From Candidatus Omnitrophota bacterium (lineage in GTDB: Bacteria; Omnitrophota; Gorgyraeia; Zapsychrales; JBDRMG01): DNA of 41,539 nucleotides. Below the pieces are notes generated by a model. That model was not told the DNA's origin and made no database searches. It saw only the letters and a program-made list of their open reading frames with translations. Positions 35,171-41,539 of the stretch are shown here, piece by piece (within the stretch, counting starts at the first letter, position 1; the number at the start of each line of letters is the position of its first letter). The stretch covers positions 1 to 41,539 of the forward strand of contig JBDRMG010000005.1 in assembly GCA_043812495.1 (NCBI GenBank), given 5' to 3'. The translations under genes and the position numbers were made by a program.

Positions 35171-35566
35171 TTAGCGCTTAACCCACTGGAATTTCTTACG
35201 TGCTCCCTTCTGCCCCGGTTTCTTACGCTCTTTCATTCTTGGATCGCGTCTGAGGCAGTTTGCTTTTTTGAGAATATTCTTATGATCTTCGTCGCAAAGA
35301 GACAATGCGCGAGATAAAGCGAGCCGTACAGCTCCTGTTTGTCCGGTCATGCCTCCGCCGGAAACTTTGGCCACGATATCAAATTTGTTGAGCGTATTGG
35401 TCAATTGAAGCGGTTCCAAAACAATGATGCGATCCGTTTCGCGGGGAAAATAGTTTTCAAAGGGACGTTTGTTGATTTTAATTTTTCCGTCTCCCGGAAT
35501 GATATCGACCCGCGCCACAGAACATTTGCGTCGACCGGTTGCGCCATATTTGATCATTTCTACCAT
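35171..35566 (-). CDS. rpsI: 30S ribosomal protein S9
   Basis: 'TGRRK.SVARV', 'GGGMTGQ', 'RDPRMKERKKPG..GARKKFQWVKR'. Confidence 0.99.
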   Translation of the reverse strand: MVEMIKYGATGRRKCSVARVDIIPGDGKIKINKRPFENYFPRETDRIIVLEPLQLTNTLNKFDIVAKVSGGGMTGQTGAVRLALSRALSLCDEDHKNILKKANCLRRDPRMKERKKPGQKGARKKFQWVKR

Positions 35567-35572
35567 AACAGA

Positions 35573-36010
35573 TTAAACCTCCAACAGTGTAGGCTTTTGC
35601 GCTTGATGTGGTTGCTTGTCTCCCGCGTATATCTTTAGTTTTTGAATCATTTTACCGCCCAATCGTCCTTTCGGCATCATGCGGGTAATGGCTAACCGAA
35701 GGGCTTGCGTTGGCCGTTTCTTCATCATTTCTTCTAACGTAACACTTCTTTGTCCGGAAGGATATCCGGTATAACGCAGATACTTTTTTTGGGACATCTT
35801 GTTTCCGGTCACTCGAATCTTTTCGGCATTGATGATGACAACCATATCCCCTGTATCGACATGAGGAGTATAAATGGCCTTATGTTTTCCGCGCAAAATC
35901 GCTGCCACTTTTGATGCCAAGCGGCCCAAGACCTTGTCTTTGGCATCAACAACGAAACACTTGCGATCGATATCCTTGGCTTGCGCGATATAAGTTTTTG
36001 TCATAACCAT
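35573..36010 (-). CDS. rplM: 50S ribosomal protein L13
   Basis: 'LGRLAS', 'LRGKHK.IYTPHVDTGD.VVIINA', 'HQAQKP'. Confidence 0.99.
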   Translation of the reverse strand: MVMTKTYIAQAKDIDRKCFVVDAKDKVLGRLASKVAAILRGKHKAIYTPHVDTGDMVVIINAEKIRVTGNKMSQKKYLRYTGYPSGQRSVTLEEMMKKRPTQALRLAITRMMPKGRLGGKMIQKLKIYAGDKQPHQAQKPTLLEV

Positions 36011-36049
36011 TTCGTAGATAAAAATTTAAAATTTTTTAATCGGAGCATA

Positions 36050-36077
36050 AGTATATCATTTTTCTTATGAATGTCAA
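36050..36077 (-). promoter_or_regulatory. sigma70 promoter of rplM-rpsI
   Basis: TTGACA-N16-TATACT with TGn extension; the -35 overlaps the truA stop. Confidence 0.7.
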
Positions 36078-36823
36078 TATTTTACTTCCAGAAGACATAA
36101 TCCTTTTGCCGGAGCGGTCTTAGGAGCACACCGGCGGTCTTTTTGTTTCAAAATTCGCACAATACTTCCTTCGGGAAGTTGACCTGACCCAATGGCCAAC
36201 AAGGCCCCGACGATGTTGCGGACCATTTTATAGAGAAATCCATTGGATTCGATTTCAATGGAAACAAAGTCTTCGTTTTTTCTTATGTTGATACGCTTGA
36301 CTTGACGAACTGTATTCTTTTGTCTGTATTGCGCCGATGGATCCGCAGCCTGAAAGGACTTAAAGTCCTTTGTCCCTATCAGGCATTTTGCTTCCTGTCG
36401 CATCTTATTGACATTTAAAGGATAAGGATAAAATGCGCAGAAATTCCGTTTGAGCGCGCAAGGAATCTTTCGATTAAGTATCAAATAGCGGTAAACTTTG
36501 GATTTTACGTTATATTGCGCATGAAATTTCTCTGAGACATCCGCAGCCGTTAAAATAACGACATCGCAAGGAAGGCGACTATTCAGAGCTAAGCAGATCT
36601 TTTGGTTTGTTAGTTTTGTGTCCGTTTGAAAATGAGCAACCTGCCCTGAGGCATGAACACCGCTGTCGGTTCGGCCGGATCCCACAAGGCGAATGGGTTG
36701 CTTAAAAATATGCTTTGAGGCCTTTTCGATTTCGTCCTGAACTGTTCTGCTGTTCTTTTGAATCTGCCAGCCGGAAAAGTCCGTGCCGTCGTATTCGATC
36801 GTCAATTTAATCGTACGCAGCAT
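36074..36823 (-). CDS. truA: tRNA pseudouridine(38-40) synthase
   Basis: 'IEYDGTDFSGWQIQ', 'SGRTDSGVHA', 'GFLYKMVRNIVG', 'TAPAKGL'. Start trimmed to MLRTIKL. Confidence 0.98.
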   Translation of the reverse strand: MLRTIKLTIEYDGTDFSGWQIQKNSRTVQDEIEKASKHIFKQPIRLVGSGRTDSGVHASGQVAHFQTDTKLTNQKICLALNSRLPCDVVILTAADVSEKFHAQYNVKSKVYRYLILNRKIPCALKRNFCAFYPYPLNVNKMRQEAKCLIGTKDFKSFQAADPSAQYRQKNTVRQVKRINIRKNEDFVSIEIESNGFLYKMVRNIVGALLAIGSGQLPEGSIVRILKQKDRRCAPKTAPAKGLCLLEVKY

Positions 36824-36842
36824 AATTTTTTGTTCAAGAAAT

Positions 36843-37853
36843 TTACTTTTCGAGTTTAAGTAATTCTTCGGCGATTTGGATGGCATTGGTGGCGGCGCCC
36901 TTGCGTAGATTATCAGAAACGACCCATAACCAGAACGCATTTTTGACAAATGGGTCTCTGCGGATACGGCCGACAAATACCTCATCGCGGCCGGAACTGT
37001 CGCACGGCATAGGGTAGATTTTTTTGGCTGGATCGTCCATAACAATAATACCCGGGGATTGACTCAGAAGCTTTCGCATTTTTTCAACAGTGATGTGTTT
37101 TCTTGTTTCGAGGTAGATCGCTTCGGAATGGGCATTGCGTATAGGAACGCGTACGGTGGTTGCGGATATTTTTATTTTTTTATCATGAAGGATCTTGTGG
37201 GTTTCATAGACCATTTTCCATTCTTCGCTGGTGTAACCTTCGTCCTGGAATCCTCCGATATGAGGAAAAAGATTAAAGGCGATCACCTGGTCCATGGCTT
37301 TGGGGATTTCTTCTTGAGAATTGTTCGCCCAGGCACGAAATTCATTTTCGGTTTGCGCAATGGCCCCGCGTCCGCTTCCCGAAACCGCTTGATAAGTCGC
37401 CGCGATGACACGTTTTAAACCAACTTTTTTGTAAATCGGGCCCAAGGCCACAACCATTTGAATGGTTGAGCAATTGGGATTGGCGATGATCCCTTTATGT
37501 TTCTTGATATCCGAAGCGTTGACTTCCGGAACGACCAGGGGAACATCTTTTTTCATGCGGAAATCCGCGCCGTTATCGATCACAATAGCGCCGCTCTTGA
37601 TAGCGCTTGGCGCATAAGTGACGGCAGCGCCCTTTTCCCCTTCGGTTCCGGCAAAGAGGGCAATATCTATTCCTTGAAAAGAATCGTTGCCTAGAGTTTC
37701 GACAGAATACTTTTGGTCATCAACGGAAATTTCTCTCGCACTGCGGGCAAAAACCTTCAGTTGGTTGACAGGAAACTTCCTTTGGCGCAAGACGCGAAGC
37801 ATTTCTTCGCCGACAGCACCGACACCAACAACAGCCACATTCACTTTTTTCAT
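36843..37853 (-). CDS. asd: Aspartate-semialdehyde dehydrogenase
   Basis: 'VPLVVPEVN', 'IIANPNCSTIQM', 'YQAVSGSG', 'RVP', 'DNLRKGAATNA'. Confidence 0.98.
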   Translation of the reverse strand: MKKVNVAVVGVGAVGEEMLRVLRQRKFPVNQLKVFARSAREISVDDQKYSVETLGNDSFQGIDIALFAGTEGEKGAAVTYAPSAIKSGAIVIDNGADFRMKKDVPLVVPEVNASDIKKHKGIIANPNCSTIQMVVALGPIYKKVGLKRVIAATYQAVSGSGRGAIAQTENEFRAWANNSQEEIPKAMDQVIAFNLFPHIGGFQDEGYTSEEWKMVYETHKILHDKKIKISATTVRVPIRNAHSEAIYLETRKHITVEKMRKLLSQSPGIIVMDDPAKKIYPMPCDSSGRDEVFVGRIRRDPFVKNAFWLWVVSDNLRKGAATNAIQIAEELLKLEK

Positions 37854-38911
37854 TTTTTGAGTCCTTGTACGACAAGATCGCCGACTTGCGTGGTGGAATA
37901 ACCCATTTTACCGGCGGCCACGTCTTTTAATTTTGATTTCACGACGTCTTTCACGGAATTCTCGATCATGTTGCCGGCTTGCATCTCTCCGATCTCTTTA
38001 AGGAGCATGGACAAGGCACAGATAGCGGCCAAGGGATTAATGACATTTTTTCCGGTATATTTCGGGGCCGATCCTCCGATGGGTTCAAACATCGAAACGC
38101 CTTTGGGATTGATATTGCCTCCGGCCGCAAGACCCATGCCGCCTTGTATCATGGCGCCAAGATCCGTAATAATATCTCCGAACATGTTATCTGTCACAAT
38201 CACATCGAACCATTCCGGGTTCTTCACAAACCACATGGTGGTCGCATCCACATGCGCGTAGTCTGTTTTGATCTCAGGATATTCTTTGGCCACTTCATAA
38301 TAGGTGCGCTCCCAAAGATCAAAGGCATAGGTCAGGACGTTTGTTTTTCCGCATAGGGTCAATTGTTTTTTCTTTCCGAATTTTTTTGTGTATTCAAACG
38401 CGTAGCGGATGCAGCGTTCGATTCCTTTGCGGGTGTTGTAGGAAATCTGTATCGCGATTTCCTCAGGGGTCCCTTTGTCTTTAAATTCGCCCATTCCTTT
38501 ATAAAGGCCTTCAGAGTTTTCGCGCACAACGACAAAATCAATGTCCTTGGGTGTTTTATTTTTTAAAGGGCAGAACCGCTCGTCATACAGCTGGACAGGG
38601 CGAAGGTTGATGTACTGATCCAAATCAAAACGAAGCCGAAGCAAAATCCCTTTCTCAAGAATGCCGGGTTTGACGTTGGGATGACCGATGGCGCCCAGGA
38701 AAATTGCGTCAAAGTTTTTTAACTCCCCGATAGCGGAATCCGGCAGCACTTCCTTTGTTTTGAGGTATCTCTCGCCGCCAAAATCATAATGGACCGTTTC
38801 GTATTTAAAATTACATTTTTGGCTAACTGCTTTTAGAACTTTAAGGCCTTCGTTGACAACCTCTGGTCCTGTTCCGTCACCGGGAATCACGGCGATTTTA
38901 TATGTTTTCAT
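37850..38911 (-). CDS. leuB: 3-isopropylmalate dehydrogenase (beta-decarboxylating dehydrogenase family)
   Basis: 'IPGDGTGPEV', 'VRENSEG', 'DNMFGDIITD', 'MFEPIGGSAP'; SD AAGGA 7 nt before ATG 38911. Confidence 0.88.
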   Translation of the reverse strand: MKTYKIAVIPGDGTGPEVVNEGLKVLKAVSQKCNFKYETVHYDFGGERYLKTKEVLPDSAIGELKNFDAIFLGAIGHPNVKPGILEKGILLRLRFDLDQYINLRPVQLYDERFCPLKNKTPKDIDFVVVRENSEGLYKGMGEFKDKGTPEEIAIQISYNTRKGIERCIRYAFEYTKKFGKKKQLTLCGKTNVLTYAFDLWERTYYEVAKEYPEIKTDYAHVDATTMWFVKNPEWFDVIVTDNMFGDIITDLGAMIQGGMGLAAGGNINPKGVSMFEPIGGSAPKYTGKNVINPLAAICALSMLLKEIGEMQAGNMIENSVKDVVKSKLKDVAAGKMGYSTTQVGDLVVQGLKK

Positions 38912-38935
38912 CAACAAATCCTTCTCTCATTTTGT

Positions 38936-40186
38936 TTATGGATGATATTGTTTCAAAGCGAGCGTTGCATTATGACCGCCAAATCCCAGTGAATTTGTTA
39001 ATGCGGCTTTAACATTTATTTTTCTTGCTGTGTTGGGCACGTAATCCAAATCACAATCAGGATCTGGTGTCTCGTAGTTGATGGTCGGCGGAACGATGCC
39101 GTCGCGTATCGCAAAAACGCAGGCGATAAATTCTATGCCACCGGCCGCTCCCAAAAGATGCCCAGTCATGGATTTGGTTGAGCTGATGGCAACTTTCTTC
39201 GCAAAGTGACCCAAAGCGGTCTTAATAGCCAAAGTTTCCACTTTGTCGTTTAACTTGGTTGATGTTCCGTGCGCATTAATATAAGAGATATCTTCGGGCT
39301 TTAAAGAACCCTCCTGCATGGCTAATGTCATGGCCTTAGCCGCACCGTTGCCTGAAGGTTCGGGCGCCGTGACATGAAAGGCATCCGATGTGCGGCCATA
39401 TCCGACAATCTCGGCTAAAATAGGCGCGCCCCGTTTTTTAGCATGGTCCAAGGATTCCAAAGCAACAACACCGGCACCTTCGCCCATGACAAATCCGTCC
39501 CGATCAAGATCAAAAGGCCGTGAGGCTTTTTCTGGTTCGTCGTTTCTTTGAGAAAGGGCCCTGAGAGCGGAAAATCCCCCAACACCCAAAACAGTTGTTG
39601 CGCTTTCCGATCCTCCGGCAAAAACCACGTCCGCTTCATTAAATTGAATCAAGCGAAATGCGTCTCCGATGGCATTGTTTGCGGTTGCGCAAGCGGTCGT
39701 GACGCATGTGCATGGACCTCTGGCGCCCGTTGCGATAGAGACTTGTCCGGCCGCTTCATTGACGATTAGCTTTGGAATGAGAAAAGGTGAAATCTTTTTT
39801 GGACCGCGTTTAAGAAAAACGTCGTATTCCTTTTCCATCGTTTGGAGGCTTCCGATCCCTGAGCCGATGATTACGCCAACGCGATCCAAATCGATTTGCC
39901 CAAGGTCAAGCTTGGCATGACCGATGGCTTCCTTGGCGGCCACAATGGCGAATTGGACAAACTTGCAAATATGACGAGCGTCTTTGGTGGAAAAATATTC
40001 CTCCGGATTGTAATCAATGACATCGCCGGATATGCGCGTATCAAATTGACTGGCGTCAAAATGCGTGATGGGACGAATTCCGCTTTTTCCCTCGATGAGC
40101 GATTTCCAGAATTTCTCTCGCCCCGATCCCACCGGTGAGATCACCCCGCAACCCGTAACGACAACTCTTCTTTTTTGAATACTCAT
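38936..40186 (-). CDS. fabF: 3-oxoacyl-ACP synthase II
   Basis: 'RRVVVTG', 'TACAT', 'INAHGTST', 'SSTKSMTGHLLGAAG', 'NSLGFGGHN'. Start trimmed to MSIQK. Confidence 0.98.
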   Translation of the reverse strand: MSIQKRRVVVTGCGVISPVGSGREKFWKSLIEGKSGIRPITHFDASQFDTRISGDVIDYNPEEYFSTKDARHICKFVQFAIVAAKEAIGHAKLDLGQIDLDRVGVIIGSGIGSLQTMEKEYDVFLKRGPKKISPFLIPKLIVNEAAGQVSIATGARGPCTCVTTACATANNAIGDAFRLIQFNEADVVFAGGSESATTVLGVGGFSALRALSQRNDEPEKASRPFDLDRDGFVMGEGAGVVALESLDHAKKRGAPILAEIVGYGRTSDAFHVTAPEPSGNGAAKAMTLAMQEGSLKPEDISYINAHGTSTKLNDKVETLAIKTALGHFAKKVAISSTKSMTGHLLGAAGGIEFIACVFAIRDGIVPPTINYETPDPDCDLDYVPNTARKINVKAALTNSLGFGGHNATLALKQYHP

Positions 40187-40228
40187 AAGGCGTTTATAGT
40201 CTTTGGAAAGATTTGTGCTGGTCACATA

Positions 40229-40262
40229 AAACATTGCCCCGAATGGCTTCGGGGCAATGTTT
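40229..40262 (-). terminator. Stem-loop/terminator after acpP
   Basis: Perfect 15-bp stem AAACATTGCCCCGAA / TTCGGGGCAATGTTT with a 4-nt loop. Confidence 0.75.
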
Positions 40263-40289
40263 ATATTTATCCGTTACCTACACGATAGG

Positions 40290-40529
40290 TTATTTATTGG
40301 CTGATTTCTCTTCGATATACTTGATAGCGTCGCCAACGGTGCTCATTTTTTCGGCATCTTCGTCCGGAATTTCCACGTTGAATTCTTCCTCGAGAGCCAT
40401 GATTAACTCAACGGTATCTAAGGAATCGGCTCCGAGATCATCGATAAACGATGCCTGCGGTGTGACTTCTTCAGGTTTGACGCCAAGTTGTTCAGCAATG
40501 ATGGATTTGATTTTGTCATCTACTGCCAT
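40290..40529 (-). CDS. acpP: Acyl carrier protein
   Basis: '[20 protein letters not shown]'; SD AAGGAGG before ATG 40529. Confidence 0.99.
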   Translation of the reverse strand: MAVDDKIKSIIAEQLGVKPEEVTPQASFIDDLGADSLDTVELIMALEEEFNVEIPDEDAEKMSTVGDAIKYIEEKSANK

Positions 40530-40560
40530 GTAAAAGCCTCCTTGTTTTTCTCCTGCTTTG

Positions 40561-41301
40561 CTACATTGCCATTCCGCCATCGACAACGATGGTCTGACCT
40601 GTAATATAATCGGCGTCCTGGGATGCCAAAAAGAGGCAAACGCCAGCTACATCTTGTGGGGTTCCCAGTTTTCCCATCGGGATGGTTTTAAAAATCGCTT
40701 CGCGCGCCTTTTCGCTGAGCTTCTCGGTCATTTCGGTTTGAATGAAACCGGGAGCTACGGCATTGACTGTGATATCGCGCGACGCCAGTTCCCTGGCGAT
40801 GGATTTTGAAAAACCGATGATGCCGGCCTTACTGGCCGCGTAGTTGGCTTGGCCGGCATTTCCCATGATTCCAATGATCGAGGCAATGTTGATGATTTTG
40901 CCTTTTTTGGCTTTCAGCATGGGCTTGCTGACAGCCTTCGTGCAGTTAAACACACCCTTTAAATTTACTTTGAGAACGGCATCCCACTCCTCTTCACTCA
41001 TTCTTAAGAGAAGATTATCTTTTGTGATGCCAGCATTGTTAACTAATATATCAACCCTCTTATATTTGTCAAGAATTTTATTGACCATTTCGGTGACGCT
41101 TTGCGTGTTTGTTACGTCACAGGTAAAATAATCGCTTGGGGAACCTTTTTGGGATAATTCTTCGCTTGTCGCTTGAGCCATTTGCGCGTTGACATCAGAA
41201 ATGATGACGGTTGCCCCTTCCCGTGCAAATGTAATGGCAATTTCCTTTCCAATGCCGCGCGCTGAACCCGTGATAAGAGTGACTTGATCTTTTAATTGCA
41301 T
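40561..41301 (-). CDS. fabG: 3-oxoacyl-ACP reductase
   Basis: 'TGSARGIG', 'NNAGITKD', '[11 protein letters not shown]', 'VAPGFI'; directly upstream of acpP. Confidence 0.97.
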   Translation of the reverse strand: MQLKDQVTLITGSARGIGKEIAITFAREGATVIISDVNAQMAQATSEELSQKGSPSDYFTCDVTNTQSVTEMVNKILDKYKRVDILVNNAGITKDNLLLRMSEEEWDAVLKVNLKGVFNCTKAVSKPMLKAKKGKIINIASIIGIMGNAGQANYAASKAGIIGFSKSIARELASRDITVNAVAPGFIQTEMTEKLSEKAREAIFKTIPMGKLGTPQDVAGVCLFLASQDADYITGQTIVVDGGMAM

Positions 41302-41347
41302 TCTGGATTTTTTACAAAAATAACGGTTGAGATAAAATGATGACCTT

Positions 41348-41375
41348 ATGATATCAACATAATTTTATTTTGCAA
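41348..41375 (-). promoter_or_regulatory. Candidate sigma70 promoter of fabG-acpP
   Basis: TTGCAA-N16-TATCAT with TGn extension. Confidence 0.5.
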
Positions 41376-41502
41376 GGAAAAAATATAGAAATAGTTATCT
41401 TGAAAGATTGTAACATTAAGTGAGACAAAATAAGAAAAAAGCTCCAAAGACCAAAAAAACTGTTAATTTGTAAGTGGAAACAAACAAAAAACAGGAGGTC
41501 AT

Positions 41503-41539
41503 ATGGAGCTAAAGCATTCTAACACTAAAAAGAAGAAAC
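41503..41539 (+). CDS. 5' end of a divergent gene (MELKHSNTKKKK...), truncated by the window edge
   Basis: SD AGGAGG 4 nt before ATG; frame open to the end of the window. Confidence 0.55.
   Translation, partial: MELKHSNTKKKK

Noticed and set aside
36011..36049. AT-rich hairpin in the rplM leader as an autoregulatory RNA element
   Set aside because: The stem is almost all A/T and cannot be distinguished from chance without comparative data.

Overview
Bacterial chromosomal window with nearly all genes on the minus strand. A diderm PVC-type lineage such as Omnitrophota is a plausible source, but that is an inference from gene content only. Left part (0.2-15 kb): a type IVa pilus cluster with six pilin-like genes, pilC, an MshEN-domain pilB, a secretin, pilP- and pilO-like genes, a fused pilM-pilN gene and a small excisionase/BldC-like HTH gene. 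It is preceded by a TPR / ExbB / ExbD / truncated TonB-like / zinc-ribbon cassette. Middle and right: uvrA, a very basic duplicated-domain small protein, and a ~17 kb co-oriented biosynthetic run (argC-J-B-D-F-[RAYT]-G-H-lysA-dapF-[GIY-YIG]-dapA-dapB-[nucleotidyltransferase pair]-dapL-folK-panC-nadX). Then rpsI/rplM, truA, asd, leuB, fabF, acpP and fabG. The most striking unexplained signal is non-coding: four copies of a structure-conserved, sequence-divergent hairpin element with tandem G.A mismatches and compensatory changes, followed by CCCC...GGGG. Two inverted copies bracket a small GIY-YIG nuclease gene the way REPs bracket a RAYT gene, and two are solitary. A second element family (twin hairpins around AGATCY) is nested inside one copy and inside an IS200/IS605-like remnant between dapA and dapB. 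No tRNA, rRNA or CRISPR array was found. All calls are from reading the sequence; no database search was run.
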